Shown: positions 11,718 through 25,724 of the stretch, piece after piece
How positions within the stretch are numbered: the stretch's first letter is position 1
Layout of the letters: every line of letters begins with the position of its first letter
Assembly: GCA_016748015.1 (NCBI GenBank)
Contig: JAAOMT010000295.1
Location: 620,001 to 684,000, forward strand
Source of the DNA: Geosiphon pyriformis uo1
Taxonomy: Eukaryota > Fungi > Glomeromycota
Reading direction: 5' to 3'
DNA: 64,000 nucleotides
The notes under the pieces: generated by a model
What the model saw: only the letters and a program-made list of their open reading frames with translations
Database searches by the model: none
Told to the model about the DNA's origin: nothing
Translations under genes and position numbers: made by a program

Positions 11718-14700
11718 ATGAACATTCTTGACTCCATTGGAGACGCAGCTGGTGCCTTTGTTGGGGCGATAGAGAATTTCATAAGCGGTGACTCGGCTGG
11801 GGGCTCGGGAAAAGTCAACCGCTTCGGCTCGTTCGCCTCTTCTAGACGTAATGCTCACGTAAAATGGTTTATTGACGGCAAAGATTATTTCTTCGCAGTC
11901 TCGGAGGCTATATCTCATGCTCAAAAAGAAATTTTCATTGAAGATTGGTGGCTTTCACCAGAATTGGTTCGTTAGGCCTTAACAATTTTTTTCTGCAGTT
12001 TTTGAGAAGCTTCTTGAAGAATATGTAAATTTGTTTCCGAAAAACCAATCCAAATCCCAAATTTTTTACAAGGGACTTCAAGCAACTGCTCTAGTTCCAC
12101 AATTACAAATTTAATAGAACTAAAAATCTAATGTATCAATTATATTTCAATTGATGAATTCATAGTATCTTCGCAGGCCTCATGCCAATAATCAGGAATA
12201 TCGTCTTGACCGTTTACTTAAGAAGAAAGCTGAAGAAGGAGTCAAAATCTATGTTGTGGTCTACAAAGAAATTAGTCAAGCCTTGACATTAGATTCTCAC
12301 CACAGTAAAGAGGCTTTGAGAAATTTACACCCAAATATTACTGGTATGTTGGTCATACTTGTTACATCAACACCTTTATAAACTAAGTTTGTGGAATAAT
12401 TTTGAATAGTTCAAAGGCATCCTGACCATCTTGTTGGTGGAACCTATTTTTGGGCGGTAATTATTTGTTCGAATTTTTCTTATGGAACTTTCAGGGATTC
12501 ATTTGAAATTATAATATAAATCTCTAAATCAATATAATTTATAATTTTCTGAATCAAAATACTTTTAGCATCACGAGGTACAAAAATTTTTCCAATATTT
12601 TCACCAAAAAACTTTGAAATTATTCTTATCGAGTCGGAATAAAACCCTTATGAATTCTTATCTCTACAGAAAATCTGTGTTATAGATCAAGAAATCGCTT
12701 TCATCGGTGGATTGGATTTGTGCTTTGGCCGTTATGATACTGGTGGTCATCAACTTGTTGATTACCATCAGCACTCGAACTATGTGGAAATTTGGCCTGG
12801 TCAAGATTATTCAAATCCTCGAATTAAGGATTTCATTGATGGTAATTTTTATTATTAATCCTTTCAATTCTAAAAAAATTTCTTTTTGTATTGACGATTA
12901 TATTTTTACTTAAAAATATATTGATTCTCTTCGTTCTTAGTCAAAAAACATTGGAATTGCTTGATTAGTAAATTCGAAACAGCTCGTATGCCATGGCATG
13001 ATATATCGATTGGTTTAGTAAGTGTCTCAGTTCTATATATATTAATGAAAAACTTAATTATTTTATTTTCGATCTAACTTCATTTTGAACTAAATTTTTT
13101 TATCAATAATAAAAAAACAAGATTGGTCGACCAGTTCAAGACATTGCTCGTCATTTTATTGAACGTTGGAACTTTATTAAGAAAGAAAAGGGCGAGAATC
13201 GTCCTGATCTTCAAGTCTTGGTTTATAAATCCGATTTCCAACATGATCGTGAAAACCCTCCCCATTACAAGGATTATAAATATTTCGGAAATAACATTAA
13301 AGCTCATCCCTATAAGGGTACTGTTAATGTTCAAATTTTGAGAAGTAGTTCCAAATGGAGTCATGGTATTGAGACTGAGGTAATATATGACAAATATGTG
13401 GTTTGTGTTTTGGACAACCTTTGGTTATACTTACCTTTTCTCGAATTCTTTTGGTTTTAGAAATCGATTCAAAATGCCTACATTGAAACCATTAAAAATG
13501 CCCACCATTTTATATATATCGAAAATCAATTTTTCAGTACGTGTTGATTGAATCCTTGGAATATCATTCTTTTTGAAGAGCCTATAAATTATTCATTTAA
13601 TGATCTTATATTAATTTAGTCACTGCCACCAAAGAATCCGAAAAATTTCCTGTTAAAAATCTTATAGGCAAGGTAAGTTGAACGTTTAATTATTATTTTT
13701 TAAAAATCAAATTGCAATTCAAATTATTCATTTCAAATCTTTATTCTTAATCATTTAAAGGCAATTGTTGAACGTATACAAAGAGCTGCTAGAAACAACG
13801 AAAAATTCAGAATTATAGTTTGCATGCCTTTGCTTCCTTCTTTCCCATGCGAAGTAAACTCGAAAGACGCTGGTACTCTTCGGTATGATTTATTACTATT
13901 ACAACTGCTATTAATTCTATTTTAATAATAATGAAAATATTGATAATAATGATATTATATTTTCATAAATGTAAATGGAAAATTGATTTAACACAGTCTT
14001 GTCATGCATTATCAATATCGATCTATTTCTCGCGGTGGTCATTCCATTTTTGAGGCATTACGAAATTCAGGCATTGATCCTGAGAAATATATATCTTTCT
14101 TTGCATTACGTAATTATGGTCGTATTAGACCATCTGCAGTGCGTGAAGCTAAAGGAGCACTCAGGGAAGAGACAGGAGAGAGTATAGCAGACCCGATAGT
14201 TCCTCACGGCGTCTTGGATGATGATTCTACAGGCAACTTTGTCACTGAAGAGCTTTATATCCATACTAAGTTGTTGATTGCGGATGATCGTTATGTCATT
14301 ATTGGTTCTGGTAAGTTTTTTCATTAACATGGTTCATCAATAAATGATATTTTTCACATTATTAAATTTCTGAACATCATTAATCATTGATATAAAATCA
14401 TAGCTAATTTGAACGACAGATCCCAACTTGGTAATCATGATTCTGAAATTGCTGCCTATATAGAAGACACTGACACGATAGATTCTCAACTTGCTGGACG
14501 ACATGTAATCATTTTCCTTTTTATTTATTAAATTTGAACGCCAAAATCAATAATATTCCAAACTTAATTCCTTCCTTCTTTAATTTCAGTATAAAGCTGC
14601 TAAATTCGCTGTCACACTGCGTCGTCAAATTTTCAGGGAACATCTTGGCCTTCTAAACGATACTGAGCATGAGCGAGCCACTCAAAACTCTTACCCACCA

Positions 14701-15075
14701 CCATACCCTCATGATCCTGCGGTTGGCAAAATTAATGAAACGGATCGTATTTTAATTGATCCAGCCAGTGATGAATTCTATAAATTCTGGCTTAGCAGAG
14801 CTACTACAAACACCTTGATTTATCGTGATGTTTTTCATTGTCTACCTGATGACACCGTTACCACCTGGAAAGAATATGATGCCTTCTCTCCTGATTATCA
14901 AAAAATCGCTCTTGGTCATGTCGCTAAACCTGATGCAGATTTTAATCAAGTTGAAAGCCAATTGTCCAAAATTAAAGGTCATCTGGTCCAATTCCCTACT
15001 CGTTTCATGGAAAAAGAACAGTTGCAAGGATCCGTTGTCTTTGACTCCGTCACTCCAATGGAATTGTTCACTTAG
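11718..15075 (+). CDS. PLD: Phospholipase D (eukaryotic two-HKD family), 13 exons, ~713 aa. Exons: 11718-11966, 12166-12343, 12410-12456, 12569-12577, 12670-12841, 12941-13017, 13122-13379, 13461-13536, 13620-13672, 13761-13882, 13997-14310, 14404-14504, 14590-15075
   Basis: All introns are GT-AG and phase-compatible (2142 nt total). Motifs: [41 protein letters not shown] (HKD1), [47 protein letters not shown] (HKD2), C-terminal GHLVQFP...PMELFT. Confidence 0.95.
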
Positions 15076-15479
15076 ATGATGATAATTCTTTGCGTTCGGA
15101 CGAGGATTTGGAAAACTAGTGCATCAATGCTTTTTAACCAAAGGACGAGACAACAATCTTTAAACCATTTGTATAATTTTTATCTATTTATTTATCTCAA
15201 ACAAAAATTTCTAAACACCGAAAATAAATAAATCAATTAGGGGCCTTTGTAACTAAAATTTCATTTGGGGTTTAAATATATTTATGAACTCACTGTTTTA
15301 ATATACAATTTCCAAGTAACATTTTTAATTTGGAAATAATTTTATAATTATTGTTATAGTTTGAAAATTTAAATTCTTAAAATAAGATAAAAAACAATTT
15401 TGAATTTTTTTATAGTTGTAATGTTATCTTTAATTAATATTAATATTATTTTTTAAATTTTTAATTCAAGTTTTTTTAT

Positions 15480-16005
15480 TTACTATTTATTTTGATTATA
15501 ATTAGACAATTATAAACATGAATCATGCATTTTTTACATGTAATCAGTTATGTTAAACCAACATTAAGTAAATTAATTGTGTTTTATATATATTGTTTAT
15601 TTTATTAAGTAAAAATAATATTTAAAAACAATATTTTAATTTTTTACATTGATTAAAAATTTAATTTAATATATATATATATTATTATTTGTAAATATAT
15701 TATATTTTTTTAAGTATAATTTTTTTAATTAATTAAAAAATATTGTTTAATTATTATTTATTACAATAAAATTATAAATTTTTTTAAAATAAGTATAATT
15801 TATACTTTTTTTATACATAATTAGTTATTTAAACTAATTAAGATTATATTATATGTTTACAATATTAAAAACTATAACAAATCTATCAAAAAAGTTAAAA
15901 ATCAATTATAAATTAATAATAAAACCAAAATAACAAGCCAATTTTAAACAAAATTTATATTATAAACAAAATTTCATAAATTAAGTATTATAAAATCATA
16001 TATAT
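15480..16005 (-). mobile_element. Very decayed LINE 3'-end remnants
   Basis: CATGTAATCAGT at ~15537 and a similar motif at ~15815 resemble the reverse complement of the LINE 3' region at ~10980-11015. Confidence 0.4.
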
Positions 16006-18233
16006 TGTTATAAATTAGAATAATAAACTAATAACAAAGTAAAACAAAATTGTATAATAATAAAAATAATCAAAAAAAATTCAACTTTAAAGAGTAAATT
16101 AAATTAATAAAGATTTAATATATAAGATTAATTTTATAAATATTTTAATTACTATTTTTTTCAAAAAGCAATAAAAGAATTTAAAAGTAAAGAAATAGTT
16201 TATATTGTTAATAAAAAACATATTAATATAATTTTATGCTTTATATTAATATTCTTAAAATTTAATATTAAGTATTAATTATATTTTTTAGCAATATTTA
16301 TTTAATAATTTTCAAAACTAATAATTATAAATAAATACTAATAAATAATTTTTTATTACAAAGATGGTTAGATACTTAAAAAAATTTAGAAAAGAAAAAT
16401 AAGCAAATTAGAAAAAATTAAATATTTTAAAAGTGATTTTTATTATTTTAATTTATATATATTTTGTATATTAGAATATGTTTTTTTAAAACTAAAAAAT
16501 ATATTATTTATATAGTTATTCAAAGTGGTTAATGATTAAATTAATAAATAAATTAATTATCAGATTAATAATTAGATTATTGATTACTTTCTAAAATAAA
16601 ATAGTTAATTATATAATATTAATAATTAATATATGTAATAATTAATAAAACTATAATTTTTAACCATAATATTATTTTTTTTAAAAAGATTAAGTTCTAA
16701 TAAATTAAACTGTTTATAAAATATTCTAATTAAAAAGTTTGTCTAACTCAAAACTAATTAATTTAATGAAGTTTTTTGTTAATAAAATATATAAAATTTA
16801 AAGCAAAATAAGCTTTATATTCAAAAAATCAAATTTTTGTATAAGAATTTTGGCTTTTTTGACAATAGTTAAAACTTTTAAAACATTTATTAATATAATA
16901 TCAAAAATTTTGTTTATATTTTTAAAGATATTTTTTTATAAGCTTTATGTTTTTTATAATTTTATTAAAGTAATCATAGAGTTCTAATTGTTTTTTATAT
17001 AACAAGTTTTTGTTTATAAGCAAAATTTTTTTAATTATTTTTTTAAATATATTAAAGAATAATAATATTGCTAATATTATATATTCAAACATATATTTAT
17101 TAATTTTATTACTAGTTTTTTTTTTAATAGTAATTTTTTTTGGTTTAATAATAATAAAACACCTATTATTATTAATTATAATGGTCTGTTTTTTAATAGT
17201 TAAAGTAGCATTTGAATAATTTTTTGTTTAATACTTATAAAAAATATAATAAGTATTTTAAATATTTTAATTTAGAAAATAATTGTTTATATTAATTAAA
17301 GATATTTCTGTTTTAAAAATAATATATTTATTTATAATTAATTTTTGTTAATTATTTAAGTTAATATTACTATAATAGACAACTAATTAGGTTATTTGTA
17401 ATATTTCTTAAATCATATATTATGTATAGATTAATTATTAAAAATTATTCTAAATTGGTCTTATAAAATATATTGTTTAAAATTTTGTTAACTATAAAAA
17501 ATTCTTTTTATTGGCTAAAAAACTGATTTTTATAGATATTGTTTCTATCTAATTGGTATTTTAAGACTAAATTATCAATACTTAGAGAAAATATTTTGTA
17601 TATTTTTTTTTTAAATCTGTTTTATCTTTTTAAAGACAATTAATTATGTTTTTATTATTAAATTAAAAATTATATTAAGTTTTTTTGCAAAATATTTTTG
17701 TATTTTTCTATTGTGATTTCTTTAAAAACTATTGTTTTAATATTAGTTTTTATTAGTAGAATTGTTATTTTTTATAAAACAGATAAAAAAGTTTATAATT
17801 TATTATGTTATAATTTACAATTCTATAAGTAAACAAAACTAAAAGCAATACTTTGTTTTATAAATTTGTTTTTTTATTAGTTTTGACCAAAATTTTACAT
17901 AATATTTTATTAAAATATTTTATTAGACTATTTGTTTAAAAGTAATAAAAAGATAAAAGTTTGTAACATATTTTTAATTTTTTATAAAGTTTTTTAATTA
18001 AAATATTAAGAAAAATTTTCTTTTTATCAGATAAAAATTCTTTAAAGCATTTATAGTAACATATAATATTTTTATAAATAAAATTAGCAATAGAAACTAT
18101 TGTTTAATTAGGTGTGATTTTTGTTTTTATTTATTTTATAAAATGATTAGTAGCTATTATAATGTATTAATTATTATTAAAATATTAATACTAATTTTAT
18201 TAAATAATTGACCAATAAAAATTGAATAAATTT
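16006..18233 (-). mobile_element. Family-B Gypsy remnant B0 (3' LTR 16006-16671, accessory ORF, 3' part of integrase); outermost LTR layer of the nest
   Basis: Colinear with 41028-43280 but much more AT-shifted; interrupted at 18234 by a family-A LTR. Confidence 0.8.
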
Positions 18234-20946
18234 TATTATTTAAGTAAAAAAACCAATTCAAATTATTGAAAAAACATAATTAATATGTAATAACATAAAA
18301 AAATGTGATAACACAAAATAATACAAAATAATACAAAATAATGTAAAATAATTTAAACTAATGTAAAATAATACATAATAATATAAAATAATACAGAATA
18401 ATTAGTAATAATATAGAATAACTAGTTATAGCATAAAAAAACAAAGCAATAACTAAAATAGTAAACAATAATTAGTAATAACAAGCAATTAAAAGCAATC
18501 TTATAAAACTAGAAAATATGTATAAAAAGAAATAGTTTTAACAAATAAAAAAAAACAAACTTAACAAAATTTAATTTTTTTTAAATATTTTTTTTTTAGT
18601 TTTATAATTTTTTATTTTATTTTTCTATTTTCTGTACCAATTATATAAAAATTTTATTACTTAAAAATTCACAAAATACATGATTTTAATACTTTGATTT
18701 TTAAAATCAAATTAATTATTGTTTTTATTTTTATTTCGGGCCAGATATTATTAGTATGAATACTTTTAAAACTTTAAATAACTAGATTAATTGTTTTTAA
18801 TTATAGCAATTGATGAAATATTAATTTTTCTTTTTTTTTCTTTTTATTTTTCTTTATTTTATTTTATTTTATTTATTTTATTTATTTATTTTTTTTTGTA
18901 AAGTAACAATATTAAAAATTGACTGTTCGAGAATAGACTTTATAATAGTCTGATAAAAAAAAAAGCTTTTTTTAGATTTAAATATTAATTTTATCTTGTT
19001 AATTTACTAAAAAAATAAAAAAACAATATTGAACTCTAATAATTATACTTATTAACTTGGAAAAAAACACAATAATAGCTATGTAATTAAAAAAACAATA
19101 TTTTGTGTCTTATAACAAAAAAACTTTATGAATAAAACTTCAAACAAAAAAATCTTTAAAGACTAATAATTTACAATATAATTAAAACCAATTTATTTAA
19201 TTTTTATATTGTTTTTATTATTAAATTATAAGCATTAAATATTATGATCATATTCTACTAAGTTTATTTGTAATATTTTGGTGTTTTTTATAAGATTATA
19301 AAATCTATAAAGACAAACATCCAAAAAATTTAAAAAAGTAGTAACTATTAAAACAGTTAAAAAAAATTTGTCTTTTATAAAAATATTAAATCAATACTTT
19401 TAAAAAGATTTAGAAATTCCAAAAAAAACTTTTACAGTCAAAAGTAATTTTTTTTATTATATATATATTAAGATTGACTATTATCTAAGCAAAACAACAA
19501 ATATTAGGAAACTTAAAAAACAGATTTACCAAAACTTGTTATTATATTTAATTTTAATTACCAAAAAAGCAATCATAGAAACTCTTTTTTTTATTGACAA
19601 AAAATTGAGATATATACATAAAATTGTTATCTACAGCCTAAAAAAATTCACAATACAAAAGCTTTTTTTGAAAAATTCAAGTTAAATATAAACAGTAATA
19701 TTTAGCAGCAATTTATACAAGAAAAATTCCAATTTACAGCAAAAAAAAAGTCAAAATTCTTTTTATTAACAACACTATCTTACTATCAGACTTTAGAAAA
19801 CAGAATTTTATTAAATTAGCTAAACAAATTGCAGCCAAAAACTTTAAAAACTCTTGAAAATATTTATTTCTAAAATTTTAACAAAAATTTTTGAACTAAA
19901 TTATTAAAGAAATACAGAATATTATTCAAAAATTTTATTCTAGCAATAAACACCATTTTTTGAAATATTTTTATTTGAGAATAACAAATATTATGACCAC
20001 TAACTAAATTAACAATTATTTTTTTAGAAAAAACATTATTATTATAACTTATTGCAAAAACTAACAAAAAGAAACAACTAGCTTTAAATTTAATTAAACA
20101 ATTATATATATATCTGTTAATTTTTTTTTTATTAACAAATAAACAACTTTTTATTATTTTGGTTATAACTTACAAAAACATTACTAAATTGAAAAAAATT
20201 TTTGATAAAAAAAAATGTATATACATAGATTACAAAAGCTGAAAAAGCAATTAGAACCAATAATTAAAATAATATCAAAACTATTTAGGCATTATTTTTT
20301 TTAAAAAAAACTGCTAACTCTTAATATTAAAGCTTTAATAAAAAGCCAACTAATTTTGTTATTTTTAAACTTGTTTTTTTATAGTATTTTTGCAATTTCA
20401 ATATTCTAATTTAACTACAAAATCAATTTAATATTATTATTATAATTGAAACTCATAGTTTTTATTAATTATTACATATATTAGCCACTGATATTATATA
20501 ATTAACCACTTTATTTTTAGATAGTGATTATTGATCTGATCAATAATTTAATCATTAACTTGATTATTGACTTAATTATTGATCTGATTATTGACTTAAT
20601 TATTAATTTGATTATTGACTATTTTTAATAGCTATATAAATCATAAGTCTTTTAATTATAAAAAGTATTAACAATTGATTAAAAATAAATAAAATAATAA
20701 CTATTATCTTAATTTTTCTCTTATTTCTTATTTTTTTTTTTATCTTTAAGTATTCAAACATTTTGGGATAAAAAATTACTTGTTGGTATTTACTTATTCT
20801 TTTTCTAATTTATATAATTGTAGTATTTAAAGATTATTAAATAAAACATAACTAAAGAATACATCTGATACTTGATATTAAATTTTAAGAACACTAATAT
20901 AAGACATATAATTATATCAGTGTATTATTATTTGTTAACAGTATAA

Positions 20947-21911
20947 TATTACAAATGATTATTTGGAGTGTGAAAACAAATAACAAACTCATAACTTAGT
21001 GCTTAATAGCTTAATAATATTGGTAATTTCTGAAAGTTTTGGTTGAGTACTTTATATAATAAACAAAAATTCAATTGTTGTTTTAGTACTTTCTTGAAAG
21101 CTTATTTCATAAATTTTTTTCTTAGCTTGATAGTCAGTTTTTCCTGGTAAGTTATTCTTAATTTCTGAGTTTCCAATCTTGTTTTATGGGTCTTTTATCA
21201 GTTTTTCTTAATGTTAATAATTTAGTATTTAATTTTTTTAATCAATTAATAAACAACAAAGAAACAAAACAAAAAGAAAATAAAAAAAATAAAAAAACAA
21301 ATAAAAAAAAATAAAAAATTAGTATCTTGTCAATAGCCATAATTAAAAGCTATTATTTTAGTATAGTTAAATATTAGATTTTATTAATATTTTATGTTAA
21401 TAGAATAGAAGTGATTAATATTCCTTAATCAAATAACAATAATATAAATTCAAGTAATAATTAATATTTTATTAATATGTAATTAGATTCCACTTTAAAT
21501 TGTAGAAAACTACTTTTTGAAAAAAAAGTATTGGTTTTATTTAATTAATTATTGGTTTCAATTCTGAACTGAATTCTAATACTTTTATTATATATATATA
21601 ATTTTTATTATATGAGATCTCATATTTTTTTAAACAATATGCCCTATTTTTTCTAATAATGTTTTTATTGCTAAGCAATATGCTATGATTTTCTGACAAT
21701 ATGTGTATTGTTAAACAGTGTGCCATAATTTACTAACAATATGTATATTGTTAAGCAGTATGTTCTAATTTGTTGACAATATACATATTGCTAAGCAATA
21801 TGTTCTAATTTCTAACATTGTGTTTACTTGCTAAGTACTATTTTTTTATTGGTCTATTTTTTTTATCTGTTTTTCTTACTTTTTTTCTTTGAACTTTTTC
21901 TATAAGTAACA
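20947..21911 (-). mobile_element. Solo LTR, family C, inserted in the 5' LTR of B1
   Basis: Reverse-complement homolog of 62974-63874; TATTAC...GTAACA ends; TSD ATAA/ATAG; the B LTR sequence resumes after it. Confidence 0.85.
21670..21835. repeat. ~39-40-bp tandem array in LTR-C (about 4 units)
   Basis: Repeated GCTAAGCAATATG...ACAATATGTATATT; counterpart at ~63045-63175. Confidence 0.75.
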
Positions 21912-22554
21912 ATAGACTATTTCTCTATCTTTAAATTTTCCAGTTATTTTTTGAAAAGAATAGCAACTGAAATATTTTATAAAACTGATCTTGTATATTA
22001 AATTTATATTCATTTAATTTGCTCTTTGAAGTTGAATTCTCTTTGATTAATTCTATCATTCTACAATTCTGTTTTCTTTTGCTATTTATTAGCTTATTAC
22101 TTCAACCTGTAACATAAAAGTAGTGCTCTCTGTAAAGTTGTTAAAATTTACTTATTTTTTTATTGTATAAGTGATTATTTATACTTGTTATAATAATCAG
22201 AAAAACACTTTGCAATACACAACAAAAATAACCTAAATTTTATTATACTTAATTTTCTATTCTCTTGCTTAATCTGTTTCTCTAAAATCTATACAGTTTA
22301 TACAACTTATTTTTTTAATCAAGTCTACTTTAAAAAAACTTCTAAAGAAAAAAACAACAATATTAATTAGCTTTTATACTCAATAACTTTTAAACAACAG
22401 TTTTTTAATTTCGAACATCTAAATCATTAAATTCATATTTGGCTTACTATTTATTAATTAACTAAAATCTTTTTTGAAACAGAAAAAAAAAACTATTAAA
22501 CCACTCTTGTTTTTGATTTTTTTTCAAGTAAATCAGAACATTCTACATAAACAG

Positions 22555-23583
22555 TATTATTTGAGTAGAAAAACCAATCCAAGTTATAAAGAAATGTAAT
22601 CAAAATGTAATAACATAAAATAATACAGAATAATACAAAAAAACACAGAATAACATGTAATAATTTAGGATAATACAATACAAAAATGCAAGAACATAAT
22701 ATAGTACAAAAAAACTAGTCAAACTTAAAATAATTAGTAATAATGTAGAGAAACAAAGCAATAACAGAAATAGTAAGCAATAATTAATAATAACAAAATA
22801 ATTAAAAGCAGTTTTATAGAACTAAAAAATATAAAAAAAAAAAAGTAGTTATAGAAGATAAAAAGACAGACAAATAGACAAGAATTAACTTCCTTCTACC
22901 TATACCTGTTATATATCCTTTGTTACATTATATATCTTATATTACTAAAATAAAAGAAATATTAAAAACCCAAAATTCATGTTTATATAATTTTTATATT
23001 TATGTATTTTAGCTGAATTAATCTTATTTTTACCTTTGTTCTTGGTCAAATGCTCCTAACATAAAACTATCTTGAATCATTATGACTTAGACCAATTGCT
23101 TTTGATTATGACAATTGATAATATTAATTTCTCTTCTTTTATTTTATTTTATTTTATTTTTATTTTTATTTTATTTTTATTTTTTCTTGTAGAGCAGCAA
23201 CATAAAAAAATCAACTGTCTGAAAATATACTTTATGATAGCTTGATAAAAAAAAAAGCTTCCCCTAAGATTGAATATTAACATTATCTTGTTAGCTTACT
23301 AGAAAGACAAAAAAACACTGCTAAACTCTAATAATTATGTTCAATTAGTTTAGAGAAGATAGCTTATATACACAAAATTATAATATTGTGAAACTATTTC
23401 TTTGTGTCTTATAACCAAAGAACTTCATAAATAAATTCACATTAATTAAAAAAACCTTCAAAGACTGATAACACTGATACTACTAAACAAGCCTATTAAC
23501 AGAAAATCTTTAAAAACTCTCTAAAAACCCAAATTTTGAGCACCAAATATTACCACTATATACTTTCAAGTTTATTTATAACA
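22555..23583 (+). mobile_element. Solo LTR, family-A-like, inserted in B1 gag
   Basis: Homologous to 25725-26815; TSD ACAG at 22551-22554 and 23584-23587. Confidence 0.85.
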
Positions 23584-25724
23584 ACAGCTATTTCTGAACC
23601 AATAACTACTAATCTTATATAAGCAAACATTTTGGCTGTCTTCCAAGATATACAAACTGTTTTAGGACAAAAAAACAATACTTCATTATTATTATTTAGA
23701 GAAGATATATAAGATCCAATTGAATAGTTAAATAATTTTAAGAAAACTGCCACAGCCAACCAATACAATAATAAGTACAAGTTCCAAATTGTTAATAGCT
23801 ACCTCTAAAGCTTTTTTGTTACATGGTTTTTACAAGAAACTAATGTTAATGTTCATCAAAAAATCATAAGATAAACATCAGTCAATACTAGAAAAAACAA
23901 TACTTCTTTTATTACTCAATTAAAAACAAATTCAAAACTCTTATCTTGATCTCTAAATGGCATATAGAATTAAAAAAAAACCCCAAAGACTTAGTAAATT
24001 GTAACCAAATATGCTAAAACAATTAGAAAACTAATCAAATGAATAGACTCTAAAAGAAATTGAACAAAAGAACAAAAGATTTATTTTTTTATAAAAAGAT
24101 TGAAAACTGATATTTCATATACTTTTTGGCTCTTTTTGGCTTTAAAAATAATTTCACTATGAATATGGCTATTGAACTTGTTCAAAATACTAAAGATAAC
24201 TAAAAAATGTATTTGGAATTTACACTTCTAGTTTTTGCTTCTGCTTTTCAAATAACTGCTATCTTTTTTGCTGCCCAAACTTCAAATTCCAATAAACAAC
24301 TAATAAATAGGCTTATAGCTAATTTTGTTTGGCTATTAGAGTCTTTAATACAAACAGTTAAAGAAAATCAACAAACTCAAAGACTTAGATTTAAATCTTA
24401 TTTTAATTAGCTTCAGTAGTCTGTTTATTAAAGACAACAAAATTGTGGTCTATTTGTGTACTATTGTTGTAAATTAACTCAGAAATTACAACAATTTTAT
24501 ATTGCTTTTTCCAGCTTTTAAAAACAATAATACTCAGAACAACAGATTTAACAATAATAATATTCTTAATTAAAGACTTAATTATGCCAACATCAATTTT
24601 TTTGAAGAGGATTTTTTGGTAGAAGCTATTGTTTATTAGCCTTTAAACTAGTAAGTACACTTTTAAAAGATAAGAGTACAAGCCAACCAGAAAAAAACTC
24701 TTTTTATGCTTTTAACTTAATTGATAATAATTATAATATAAACAAATTGACAATTAACCCCTCTGATTTAATAAAAAAAAAGAAAGCCAAGATTGATTTT
24801 GTCTTGAATCTTAATAAAGCTTCCATATCAACTACTAATAACAATAAGTTACCAAAAGCTTAAGTTTTTAAGAATTCTCTAAAGTTGAAATCTTCAGAGA
24901 TAGTACAAAAATCTGATTTCTATTCTGTTGTTAAAAGTCTTATAGAAACTTTAACACATATAACTTTTGGCCAATTAATAACTTATCAATAGTTTAAAAA
25001 AAAATTTTACAAATCCTTGATCCCAAAAAAAAAACACTAAAAACTAATAAACACTTTTGTCAAGCTAGATTTGCTAACAATAGCAATATTACTCCTTTAA
25101 TTTGCAAGGTTCAAGTGGCTGGTTACTTTATTAACTTGATTCTAAACAGTAAATTATCTGTAAATATTATTGTTAAACATTTTTTAGAAGTCATTAGTAA
25201 AAAATTTGATAAACTTTCAACTAAACCAATAACTAATATGTACAATAATAAAAAAAAAACTTGGTATAGCCAAAGCTGTTTCTGTTTACATTAATAATAT
25301 TAGCATTGAAACTAATATGGAGGTTTTTGATGTTAAAAAATACACTATTATCATTAACAATAAATGGCTTAAGAAAGCAAAAGTTTTATTTAATTATAAA
25401 TTCTGTAAGCTAATTATTAGATGTAATAAGAAGTCTATTATAGTTAAGTATTATTATTGAACAATTTCTCTAATACTCAAACAAAGTACAAAAAAACAAT
25501 CAAATAAATCAAATAATAAAAAAACAAAGAAAAAAAGAATAAAAAAGAACAAGAAAAACTGTTAAACTTGTTTATACTATTTTTACCAGCAATGACAAGC
25601 TACTAGAAAATATTAAAGCTAACAAAAAAGAAATTATTGTAAATAACAAGCTAATTTGTTGATCTTATTATAATATGCTCAAAAAAACTTTTAACAGAAA
25701 GTCTGACAAAAAAGCCAAATACAG

